Source: Octopus bimaculoides
Taxonomy: Eukaryota
DNA length: 38,099 nt
Assembly: GCF_001194135.2 (NCBI RefSeq)
Contig: NC_068999.1
Coordinates: 41,538,078 to 41,576,176 of the forward strand
Reading direction: 5' to 3'
A model generated the notes under the pieces. It did not search any database and was not told where the DNA came from. It was given only the letters and a program-made list of their open reading frames with translations. The position numbers and the translations under genes are program-made. The stretch's first letter is position 1. Every line of letters begins with the position of its first letter. Shown piece after piece: positions 1 through 11,487 of the stretch.

Positions 1-767
1 AATACAAAACCAAAAAGATTTTAAAAAAACATAAACAGTTACTTGAGTCTGCTTACTTAGAGAGGATCTTGTTACAAAAGGCATCTAAAAGTGTAACAAA
101 CCCGAAAATAGAGCAATTTGCTCTGCACTGGGAAAATCGATTCTAATCCAAATATTTGTAAACATTCCATTCTACGTTTTGATATTCGTATTTATGGATG
201 TATAATGATTTCATATTAAACTGAAGAATTACGCGATACGTTTTCCAGAGTGCATTTTCTTTTTATTTAATTTTTTTTTTTTTTTTTTTTTTAAGAATAG
301 TGATACTAGTAATATCGAAGTTTCGGTTGGTCGGCCTTCAATGGATAGTCCGACGAAGGCTAATAGGCCGGAAGGTCGAAGTCACTCTCAATTCTATGTT
401 TGCAAAAGAATTTATACATATATATATATACAATATGTAAAATGTATATATGTGATATATATGGACCCTCTTTGATCACGGAATTGCACTGTGAAGATTC
501 CTCTCCGAGGTACAATTCTGGGCAAGGTTGTTCTTTCGCTTCCATTTGTTCTTTCTACAAGATTATTTCGCTTCCATTTGTATATCTAAGATTATATCTA
601 CACCTACCCACTCTCTCTCATATTAAGATGATCCCCATACATTTCCCTGGGGAGAAGTTTACATTTTTAACATCGACGATTCCTATGGATCGCATAAATT
701 GTAATTCTTCGAAACATATATCGGAATAAAGTATGCAGTTATAACATGCGTTCACTCCATTCCTTAA

Positions 768-805
<38 letters not shown>

Positions 806-908
806 CACACATACACTCATATATATACATACAAATATGCACATGTATGTACATATACACATATGCATATACATACATATATGTATATACACACCCATAT
901 AGAAAGAT

Positions 909-940
<32 letters not shown>

Positions 941-1011
941 NNNNNNNNNNNNNNNNNNNNNNNNNNNNNNNNNNNNNNNNNNNNNNNNNNNNNNNNNNNN
1001 NNNNNNNNNNN
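941..1011. other. Assembly gap (71 N)
   Basis: N run flanked by (TA)n. Confidence 1.
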
Positions 1012-1019
1012 TATATATA

Positions 1020-1680
1020 AGAGGGAGAGTCAAAAGTTATATGAACTCTTGTTTTCCCAATGTATTTACACAAAAGCAGGGGATAAACAAGTACGTCGTT
1101 TTTCTCTATCATTTCTTTCCTTTTCGATGTACTTCGTTCAACTGTCCACAAGATTACGTATTCCCTCCAAGAAGAAGGTTTTCGGTTGGTCGTGTAACCA
1201 TTTATCCACCGCTTCCTTTACATCTTCATCCATTGGAAATCGACGACCTCGTAAACTATCTTTGAGCAGTCCAAAGATATGATAGTCGGAAGGGGCGAAA
1301 TCTGGGCTGTGGGTATGGAGTTTCGGCACCTCAAAACACAATTGCGTTATGATTCCAACGGTCTGAGAACCATGTGTGGGCGTGTATTGTCATGCAACAA
1401 CAAAACTTTCTTCGACAATAGGCTTCAGCGTTTGGTTCGAATTGCTAGCTTCATTTTGTTGGCGGGCAGAGCATTGTATCTTGCGCTGCTGATCGGATTA
1501 CTGCTCTTTGTTCTTCTTTGGTGCACATCGCTAGTGGAGCGGCCATGTTTACACGATAAAGCCAGAAAGAAAAATGGTGTGATCAGGTTCAAACTTCGAT
1601 CACGTGACCACAATAGTACCAACAATAGATACGCATGCGCAGAAGGCAGTATGACAAAAATCAAGATATGTAAGTCAGTG
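1020..1680 (-). mobile_element. Mariner (D,D34D-type) transposon, internally deleted and decayed
   Basis: Minus strand: N-terminus MAAPLAMCTKEEQRAVIR (ATG at 1546) joined directly to ISSARYNAL..NKMKLAIRTKR*SLLSKKVLLLHDNTRPH (1374-1394), then HSPDFAPSDYHIFGLLKDSLRGRRF..DEDVKEAVDKWLHDQPKTFFLEGIRNLV. One terminal repeat TA|AGAGGGAGAGTCAAAAGTTAT at 1018-1040; the other TIR is not seen. Confidence 0.9.
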
Positions 1681-1937
1681 GTCTGTCAGGAACGTTAGCA
1701 CGTCGGGTGAAATGCGAAGTACTGTTAAATATCTCACGTTGTGAGATTTAAAAATAGTAATTTTCTAACTGGTGCTGGTGTGTTTATACCACCTGTACCT
1801 TAGCAGTTCGACAAAAGAGATCGATAGAATAAGTACCAGGCTTTTTTAAAAAATCTAAGTACTCGGGTTGATACATTCGACTCAAAATTCCTCAAAGCGG
1901 TACCCCAGTCCAATGACTGAAAGTATAAAAAGTAAAA
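1681..1937 (+). mobile_element. Chimeric SINE: SINE-A head joined to SINE-B 3' tail
   Basis: 1681-1752 GGAACGTTAGCACGTCGGGTGAAATGC matches the head of the copies at 20421 and 24431. 1767-1937 (GCTGGTGTGTTTA...GATAGAATAAGTACCAGGC...AATGACTGAAAG) matches the tails at 33120-33290 and 36420-36575. Confidence 0.75.
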
Positions 1938-2762
1938 TTTTGAATGGCAAGAGAACAGAATGACGTCATCAACTTCATTAGGTTACAGCTGTTTCTGCTA
2001 CCAAAAGCAGTGCACTCGGCTCTGCATGTGCTGCTTCTCATGGCAGAAACATCTGCAAGATAGTTACGTTGATGACATGATACTTGTTTTCTTGTGATTC
2101 GATAATTTATCTATGTACATACACACACATTAGTAGATACACATAGCCACCTCTTGCCAAATCACACACACTCAAACACATCACACATACACACACACAC
2201 ACACACATACGCGCGCGCGCGCATCAGTGTATGTTTTTACGTGTGATTTAGAAAGAGAGAGACGGCTCTGTGTATTAATTAGTCTAGAGTCATTACAAAA
2301 GCGGCATTCATTTTGTTCCTCTCAGCCGAGATAAATGAATGAGATAAATAGATCAGAAGTCCGAACACGAAATTAGAAGACCTAATTAAAACTGTACACT
2401 GTACATTTCAGCCAACTGAGGGATTATATTAGTGAGAAGAAACAATAGAAGAGTGAGGGGTGGGTGAATGGAGCAGGGGGTGGGTGAATGGAGCAGGGAG
2501 TGGTGTCTCCGTCTGGTTTATTTATTAACGAGCTTTAGTTCGTGTAATGCCCATAAAAAAAATTCACAGTATTTAGATTAAACGTTATGGTAAGCTTTTA
2601 CAATCTGGAATACGTACAGAACATTTCGTATGTTCGGTCAGATTCTTCCCGGCGAGTTCATGTCCAAACAAGTAGGAGCAGGTTTTTGCGTTGCGAAAAC
2701 ACAACCAGGGGTATATCTGGGTAAAGATGATGAGCAGACAATCGCTGGAGAGTTGGGGGAAA

Positions 2763-2850
2763 AAACGCTTAACAGTTTTGTTATGACTTTTTACATTCTG
2801 GGTTCTAATGCTGCCGAGTTTAACTTTGCCTTTCGTCCTTTCTAGGTCAG
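2763..2850 (+). mobile_element. SINE-A internal fragment, decayed
   Basis: TTTACATTCTGGGTTCTAATGCTGCCGAGTTTAACTTTGCCTTTCGTCCTTTC aligns to the B-box region of other copies. Confidence 0.7.
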
Positions 2851-3039
2851 TAGCATAGTTAGTGAGTGCCACATGAGGCAAACCACGAGTTTACTGCCTC
2901 GTTCCGTTCCGCCCCCTATATGGACTCAGACAGCAGACCCAAAAGTGCTGCTTCATAAAAGCGTCGCTCGTACCGGACTGCTCCAATAGCGTTCCACCAG
3001 TTAGGCTACAGTTAGAGAGTTAGGCGATTACGTCGGCTC

Positions 3040-3110
3040 CAGTATTTTGGGTTTATACCCGATTTAATCGACCCCGGAGGGGTATCATTCAAGCTGAACT
3101 CAGAACGTAA
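3040..3110 (-). mobile_element. SINE-A fragment
   Basis: TTTAATCGACCCCGGAGG...GAACTCAGAACGTAAA matches the reverse complement of the SINE-A body. Confidence 0.55.
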
Positions 3111-3145
<35 letters not shown>

Positions 3146-3179
3146 GGATCCGAACGGAGAGAGGCAGTAAACTACGCTG

Positions 3180-3300
3180 CTGACCCAGAAAGGATAAAAG
3201 GTGAAGTTGAACTAGGCAGCATTCGAACTCAGAACGTTAGGAGCCACAACAAATAATACAAAGCGATTTTTTTCCCTACGCTCCAACGATTCTGTCGATC
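3180..3300 (-). mobile_element. SINE-A 5' half
   Basis: GACCCAGAAAGGATAAAAGGTGAAGTTGA...TTCGAACTCAGAACGT...CCAACGATTCTG. Confidence 0.7.
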
Positions 3301-3321
3301 CATCAAGTTTAATAAAAATTA

Positions 3322-4140
3322 TTTCAAATTTTGGCACAATTTTGGAAGGTGAGGTTAGCTTATTACATCAACTTCCGGACTTGACTGCATTTGGTTAACA
3401 TGCAATTTACCGTCGTAAAATTTTGAAAGCAAATATCTCTTAAAAAATGAAAACATATTGCAAACTGAAGCGACGACAGTGAGATACCAAAATTTCATGA
3501 AACATATTCGATATCCAATGGTTGAGCTTTCTTTGCGGGTTTTGGCAACTTCATACGTAGTCAACCATTCACTCAATTTTGTTGATCCAAACGATGACAG
3601 CATCCTTATACAGATTATAGAAGGGCGATGGATGCTCGCCAAGAAGAAAATTAAACAATAATATGGGGATAGTAATGATTTATATACATCGTATCTTCAT
3701 GAACATTTGTGGCGAGACAAATTTCGAAATGGTGAAAAACTATTTACGAATCTCATTTCGTGCATCAATGGCTGTTGTGATTTCCCGTAAATCTGATTGT
3801 TCTCATCTTATATAAAACATGTGTACGGTTTTCATGTTATATTAAATCTATGTACATTTATGTACTGGATACATTCATACGTCACCTAGCGTACATATGA
3901 AATTACAGGATGTCTCTGTCATCACTTCCGGTTTCTATCGGAAATAAAATTTCATTTCCTTAGAATAATTTACTTTCACCATTTTACGACGGCAAACGGC
4001 ATGTTAACCCTTTACGTTATTTATCGATTTCGAGAAGATGAAAAGTAATGTTGACTTCGGCAGGGTTAGAACTCAGAGCGTTAAGAACCAAAACAAAAGC
4101 CAGAAAGTACATTTTTCCGACACACTAACGATTCCGCCAC
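3322..4140 (-). mobile_element. SINE-A copy split in two (3322-3392 and 4010-4140) by the Merlin insertion
   Basis: Left piece is the SINE 3' tail (TTTCAAATTTTGGCACA...ATTACATCAAC). The right piece resumes at TTATTTATCGA...GAACTCAGAGCG...CTAACGATTCCGCC, colinear with intact copies. Confidence 0.7.
3393..4009 (+). mobile_element. Merlin (IS1016/ISXO2-like DDE) DNA transposon, 617-bp internally deleted copy with both TIRs
   Basis: 29-bp TIRs starting GG at 3393-3421 and 3981-4009 (26/29 identical). One frame reads VVNHSLNFVDPNDDSILIQIIEGRWMLAKKKIKQ*YGDSNDLYTSYLHEHLWRDKF...LFTNLISCI (to stop 3788-3790), matching the VNHS.NFVDP...TQ.IE..W and SYL.E..WR motifs of Merlin transposases. TSD not recognisable. 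Confidence 0.85.
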
Positions 4141-4272
4141 TGTAAAACTGATTGAATAATGTGGTTGTTTTAAAAGCAAATATATTAATAGCATCGATAC
4201 AGTCATTCTTCTATCAAAATAGCAGCTCATTACTTAATTAATTAGTGCTGTTTTCAGAATCAGCGACCCTGA

Positions 4273-4376
<104 letters not shown>

Positions 4377-4600
4377 GTTTGTGCTTGCCTGTGTCTATGC
4401 ATATGTGTGGGTAGATGTAGGTGTATTTGTGCACTTGGACACACAATGGCAAACATTAGTCTGGTTGTTATGGTAACAGATAAGTTTAAGGCAGACGTCA
4501 TCACTGCACATGTTGACAGCGTTGGTTATCAAAATACGAGAAAACACCACAGAATCTTAATTTGAACGAAAATAACAAATGAAATAACAAAAAAAAAACT

Positions 4601-4794
4601 AAGGCCAGGCATTTTGAGGGGAGGGGAAGTAGTCGATACCATCGACCCCAGTATTCGACTAGTACTTTATTTTTATCGGCCACGGAGAGATGAAACACAA
4701 AACTGACCTCGATAAGGTTTGATCTCAAAACGGAAAATGCTGAAACAAATGCCGGCGCAATGGATTTTTGTTCAACTCTCTAAATCATTCTGCC
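4601..4794 (-). mobile_element. SINE-A, near full length, decayed
   Basis: AAGGCCAGGCATTTTGAGGGG...TCGACCCCAGTATTCGACTAGTACTTTATTTTTATCG...ATCATTCTGCC. Confidence 0.75.
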
Positions 4795-4821
4795 TTTCAA
4801 TTGTCTTTTAACTACTAACAT

Positions 4822-4945
4822 AAGCACCCGGCCAGATATTTGAGGGGTGGGGAAGGATAAATGGATAAATCCCATCTCAATTCTTGACCGATATTTCATT
4901 GACTCCGGAAGAATGAAAGGCAAAGTTGACACCATAAGAAATGTG
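4822..4945 (-). mobile_element. SINE-A 3' half, decayed
   Basis: GGCCAGATATTTGAGGGG...GAATGAAAGGCAAAGTTGAC. Confidence 0.6.
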
Positions 4946-5431
4946 TGTACGTGTGTGTGTGTGTACGAGAGAGAGAGAGAGATAGAGTCTTTGTATATAG
5001 TCTATACGTACGAATTTTTTCGTAGTAGAAGTGGTTCTCAGAAATACACGTCGGTACGAAAAACGTAGACAGACAGACAGACGGAGAGAGACTGGCAGAC
5101 AGATAGATATGCGAACAAATAGGTAAGTAGATAGTGTAGTCGAGAATTTCCCCCTAATATTAGCTCAAGTGAAGAAAAAAATGTCCCATCTCACCACAGG
5201 ATAGCTCAACTGTTGCGCAAAAATAGCACAAAAGCGTTTTTGATTATTAGAATGGTGCTGTTTATAACTATGAGGAATCTCGCAGATTTTTTCAGCAGTT
5301 ACGGCGGCTAAACGACGTCTAAATATATCAACCATTGGGTGAAGGTTTTACTGGTGAATTCTGATGCAGCTGCCCTAAAACTGATTAGCTGATATGTCGT
5401 CTGTCATTAGAGGACACTGCTGCTGTTGTTT

Positions 5432-5495
5432 TTGTTGTTTAGCCCAAGGTCAGGCTGGATTCAACAAATCTATGATGAAAAGCATTTCCAGTAAT
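5432..5495 (+). repeat. Unclassified dispersed repeat, second copy at 29578-29654
   Basis: TTTAGCCCAAGGTCAG...CTATGATGAAAAG resembles TTTAACCCCAAGTCAG...CTATGATCAAAG at 29590-29634. Confidence 0.35.
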
Positions 5496-5668
5496 AACTA
5501 ACCAAAATTCCATCGTCTTTTATTCAGACATATTGTTATTTAGGTCTACATAACTTATCGTGTCCTTCCTATTATCAAAGGTTGAACGGGGGAGGAAGGC
5601 TTGAAAATTTGGCTGGTATTTCTAGTAGGTTGCATAATGACACCTTGATCCAATTGCTAGTGTTGCTG

Positions 5669-5709
<41 letters not shown>

Positions 5710-5880
5710 CTCAGTCATTGCGAGACCAATAACCCGATATACGTATATACGTTTGTTTCAGAACGAAATGCTGGCTGAGTATAGAGATGTAATAAGACAG
5801 ACAGACGAGTGACAAAGGAATAAATGATTACCTTAGGAAGATAATCATTTATTCCTTTGTCATCTCTTATTCTGATGTGG

Positions 5881-6564
5881 NNNNNNNNNNNNNNNNNNNN
5901 NNNNNNNNNNNNNNNNNNNNNNNNNNNNNNNNNNNNNNNNNNNNNNNNNNNNNNNNNNNNNNNNNNNNNNNNNNNNNNNNNNNNNNNNNNNNNNNNNNNN
6001 NNNNNNNNNNNNNNNNNNNNNNNNNNNNNNNNNNNNNNNNNNNNNNNNNNNNNNNNNNNNNNNNNNNNNNNNNNNNNNNNNNNNNNNNNNNNNNNNNNNN
6101 NNNNNNNNNNNNNNNNNNNNNNNNNNNNNNNNNNNNNNNNNNNNNNNNNNNNNNNNNNNNNNNNNNNNNNNNNNNNNNNNNNNNNNNNNNNNNNNNNNNN
6201 NNNNNNNNNNNNNNNNNNNNNNNNNNNNNNNNNNNNNNNNNNNNNNNNNNNNNNNNNNNNNNNNNNNNNNNNNNNNNNNNNNNNNNNNNNNNNNNNNNNN
6301 NNNNNNNNNNNNNNNNNNNNNNNNNNNNNNNNNNNNNNNNNNNNNNNNNNNNNNNNNNNNNNNNNNNNNNNNNNNNNNNNNNNNNNNNNNNNNNNNNNNN
6401 NNNNNNNNNNNNNNNNNNNNNNNNNNNNNNNNNNNNNNNNNNNNNNNNNNNNNNNNNNNNNNNNNNNNNNNNNNNNNNNNNNNNNNNNNNNNNNNNNNNN
6501 NNNNNNNNNNNNNNNNNNNNNNNNNNNNNNNNNNNNNNNNNNNNNNNNNNNNNNNNNNNNNNNN
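5881..6564. other. Assembly gap (684 N)
   Basis: N run. Confidence 1.
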
Positions 6565-7626
6565 TTGGGGTTGGTGCCAGATGGAGAGAGGTAGTGAGTT
6601 GAGTCCATATGGCCCAAAAGAACGAAGAGAGAATATCAATTCCTGTTAATAAGCCAATTACCGCACAGATCGAATATCGCACAGATCGAATACTGCACAG
6701 ATCGAAGGACAACTGTAATTATTTTCACAAGATTTTTGTTTGCTTTTTTTAAGTTTACTACATTAAAAAGGTTAACACTGGCTTAACTACAGAATTCACG
6801 TATAAGCAGACAACAGCTGATGTTTTCAGGAAAAAAGAAAACTACGTTGTACTTAGGAAATGAAAAGGAAAACGTGCATAAAATATCTATTTTATGATCG
6901 ACAATCAGGTTATCGATCTCTGATATTGTAAGACATTGAAAAGAAAAAGAGGGGTGGGGTTTAATATTTTAGTTTTTTTAGTTGAGTCGGCTATCAATTA
7001 AGTATTGCTATTGATCAAGAATTGATGTCGTTTGACAAGAGCGATTCTATAGCCTCGTTAAAAGTGGTGAGAAGTTTGACTGATGTGATAAAATCAGTCG
7101 CTGAAGAGATATAAAAATACAATAAAGCTTGTTGGCTGGTTGGCTGGCTTGACAGTTTGGATGAATGGAGGAAAGGACAGGAAGGAAGATGTAGACAAGA
7201 CAGAAATACAAAGTTAAAAAATAACTAGTGTGTGTGTGTGTGTGTGTTATTTGTATACTAAGCGTTAATACAAAAATAAAGAATTTTCATTCACCAATGC
7301 GGTGTTGAGCACTCATTCTCAGTGTTCGATATTTACGCGGGGTGGCGTTGAGAGAGAGGGGGAAAAGAGACGGCTAATTTGAGGAGCTAGATTACTTGCA
7401 CAGATCGATTAACAGCGACGATCCGTTCCTTAAATATGTCACATCTCTACTTTAATACGAGTTTCTGCAGGTCCCAATACTAATAATCAATTGATACATT
7501 GAAAAACCTTTAAACTATCTTTTATTTAACTGTTAATATCGATGCTAAGAGAAGAGACGAAGAAAAGACAACTTTGTGAACAGTAAACCAACCAATGTCA
7601 CAAGAGTAGCTACAAGTTACATACAC

Positions 7627-7969
<343 letters not shown>

Positions 7970-9018
7970 ATCGACTGATTGATTGGTTACCGTTAAGCTC
8001 TCTCATCAATTAAACGAATGAAGGCCCAGCAAGACAAACGAAATTCTCATCTGCCCCAGAACTGTGAAAAATGACCATCACCTTATGGCCGCCAGAGTGT
8101 AAGATCAAGGTTGAATATTTCCAGTATCATCTATCTATCCCCGATGCCGCTTCCCCTATCGCTATTGGAAGAAAGTGTGAAGGTGTTAGTACCTTGCTTT
8201 GCTGAATAACCTGCACGCTGGATATTACAGTGTACATGTTTGGTGCAGAGCCGGTCCCATTATTTTTTCCTTCAAACTTATATTGGTCTGGTACAAGTAC
8301 CAGGTGATAATAATGACGGCACCTCTACATGACTACAGTCTTCGGGCTGAAACGCATGAAATAATAAGACAACATACATATACATACATGCATATACATA
8401 TATACACACATGTATATACATATACATCCGAATCTACATACATAATTTCAGTATCTTTCTTTCTCTCTGTATGCACGTATGTATAATCGTATAGTAGAAT
8501 TGAAATTGTATGATATATGACAAGTATTTAGAATTTCATTTTCTTCATAAATCGAAAGAGAAAACTGCGTAAATAACTTGTGTATTTTCGTCCGTTTCCT
8601 TTCAATAGCCTCCATAAGAACAGAGTAAATATAAGAGAGAAAAAAACGGAGTGTCGGTTCATAAATTGTTTAATTACGTCATCTTCCACAGATTTCGTTA
8701 ATTGCCGTATTTGCTATGGGAATGAGGAAAAAACTTATAAACAGAATTACATTATCAAATCGTCAGAGATTGCATAACAAACGTAAATAGCTCTTAAGAT
8801 AAATGACATCGAATGTGTTATGGCATCACCATAGATAAAAATTGAGCTAATGTGGGTCAAAGAATTTATTTAAATACTGAAGTCGTATGAGTGGTTTTGT
8901 TCGCATTGTGTCTATGTTAATAGATAAAGACAATTCTACCGATCAGATTTCAAAGGTCATAGTAAATCTTTCCCACATATTGCTGCTGATCAATGAATGC
9001 TTATCTATGTATGGGAAT

Positions 9019-9020
<2 letters not shown>

Positions 9021-9093
<73 letters not shown>
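9021..9093. repeat. (GT)n(AT)n microsatellite
   Basis: Direct reading. Confidence 0.98.
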
Positions 9094-9094
<1 letters not shown>

Positions 9095-9556
9095 GCGCAC
9101 ACACTCATACATACAAACATATACATACATGTGCAACTACATACATACATTTACACTCGCACACATACATACAAGTGCATGTCTGTATGCGTGTGTGTAT
9201 GTATGTGTACATGAACGTTTGCTCACAAAAAAAGTTTATCATTCACATACACGCCATAAATAAGGTTTTAATCGCTTGGGAACAGACAGAAATTGGTTTT
9301 TATTAGTGCTTGGTAAGTCGCCTTCACACACAGACACAAACGCGCGTGCGCATACTTAGCGCAGCCATCTCCCTACCTATTTCTTAGTGATCGCTGTTCG
9401 TCATTTAGCGTTAATTAAAATTCGCTCTTCACTAAACTTTCTCCCCGTCTTTCTTACCTCTTATCTTTCTATAAAAGAAATTAATTTCCTTCTTGGAATT
9501 GAATTTGAAAATTCAGTTTTGGTAGAACACCGATATCAACCTGCTTTTATATATAC

Positions 9557-9699
9557 NNNNNNNNNNNNNNNNNNNNNNNNNNNNNNNNNNNNNNNNNNNN
9601 NNNNNNNNNNNNNNNNNNNNNNNNNNNNNNNNNNNNNNNNNNNNNNNNNNNNNNNNNNNNNNNNNNNNNNNNNNNNNNNNNNNNNNNNNNNNNNNNNNN
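9557..9699. other. Assembly gap (143 N)
   Basis: N run. Confidence 1.
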
Positions 9700-9744
<45 letters not shown>

Positions 9745-10436
9745 TATACATACACATACGCACAAACGTACATGCATTCGCACAAACGCACACATACACA
9801 AAGAGCACATGTACACACATGCGTATATTTAAGTGCATATACACAGATATATTATGTGTATCTATATATTCATACGCATACACATACACACTCACACACA
9901 CGGCAAACAGACAAAGACGGACTGACGGAATATAGTGACAGCCAAAAATGACAGACCGACAGACAAACATACAGAAACCGGTCAAGGACAAGAGGACTGA
10001 CAAACAAATCAATTGATCTGAATCGATTAGTGGATACAGAGATAAATTGATAGGCAGAATTAGAAAGAGAAAAGGTGAGAGAGAGGTAACGATAGGCAGC
10101 AGCGGAGAGATGTGTTTCTGAAATAAAAACAGCAGGTGTAAAAGGCAAATGGCGTGTTACTGTGTGTTTTGTTAAGCGGTTGAATAAATATGAAAGAGAA
10201 TTAATAAAATATGATAGCGACAAGGAGAATGAAGGAATAACAAACGACAATTGAATGGAAAAGAATGGCGGCGGGGAGAGGAGAGACAAGAGAATATAAA
10301 TCGAAGTAAAATATAATGGATAAAGAAAAAAACTGCAGTGAGCTGGAAAAAAAAATAGAGGAATAATAACAAGGCAAGTTTTGCAAATCAAATATAACAA
10401 CAGGTGATAATAATGGTAGCTTGATTGTTTCTCTGT

Positions 10437-10536
10437 NNNNNNNNNNNNNNNNNNNNNNNNNNNNNNNNNNNNNNNNNNNNNNNNNNNNNNNNNNNNNNNN
10501 NNNNNNNNNNNNNNNNNNNNNNNNNNNNNNNNNNNN
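10437..10536. other. Assembly gap (exactly 100 N, possibly an unknown-size placeholder)
   Basis: N run. Confidence 1.
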
Positions 10537-11481
10537 ATATATCGTTATTTTGTATCCTGTATATTTCATCTCTATCATAATATATTACTCCCCAACACCC
10601 CTCTCTGGTAGTTGTTGACAGCATTGGGCTAACGATGCTGTCCTAAGGCTTCGAAACCACAATGATCTCTAAAAGACAGCTGATAAAGGATTTTTTTTTT
10701 CCATTTGTTTCTTATATTATATATACTTTCATCGTATGAGCCCAATTTCTTCTATTTATGTGTGGGGTGCGCGACTATGTGTGTGTGGAGGGGTGTATGT
10801 GTGTACGTGGGTATGTATGCATGTGCTTGTATGTGTGTGCGTATTCAATGCTTCGAACTCTAACGATTATTGACTAATTTCATACGTCAGTAGTGTAAAA
10901 ACCGAAGACAACGGATTCGTGTGCGTGTGTGTGTAAATGACATACACGCACACATGCACAGCTATCGTACGGTACATCACTAGTTTCGTCTGATATTAGT
11001 GTTTTACTATCTGTTTTATACCTGAGACTTCTGGTTATTGAGCGTTAAGTATTTGAGCAGAAATAATCAATTCCCTTTGAAGTGATTCGACAATATCAAA
11101 GGGTTCCGACATCAAATGCCGATACCGGAAGTCATCTCCCAACGTCATCGTCTAAGGCGTTCTCGTAAGCGAAACACAAAGTAAACGCGCGCGCGCGTCT
11201 GTCTGAGTGTGTGTGTGTAAGGTTATGTATGTGTGGACATGTAAGTGCGTGTGTATATCTACATAACTGTATGTGCAGATATATAGATAGATACATACAT
11301 AGATAGATAGATATAGTGAGAGAGAGAAAGGCTACGTAATGTATCGATATGTGAGTGCGTGTATATATATCTACATAACTGTATGTGCGTACATACATAT
11401 ATATTTATATATAGTATGTGAGGTTACGTATGTGTGGACATGTGAGTGCGTGTGTATATCTACCTAACGGTATGTGCGGAG

Positions 11482-11487
<6 letters not shown>

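Noticed and set aside
400-729. 109-aa plus ORF and overlapping minus ORFs
   Set aside because: Starts in a TA repeat, has no recognisable domain, and contains small local duplications (TTCGCTTCCATTTG x2) typical of neutral DNA
6986-7126. 42-codon frame ending in TAA (7112-7114) with AATAAA at 7121, as a possible terminal exon
   Set aside because: Short, no homology recognised, and AATAAA is common in AT-rich DNA; needs RNA evidence
9458-9468. Minus-strand 11-nt microexon-like signal (TTTCTTTTATAG|AAAGATAAGAG|GTAAGA)
   Set aside because: Not a multiple of 3, no host gene context, and such matches arise by chance in pyrimidine/purine-skewed DNA
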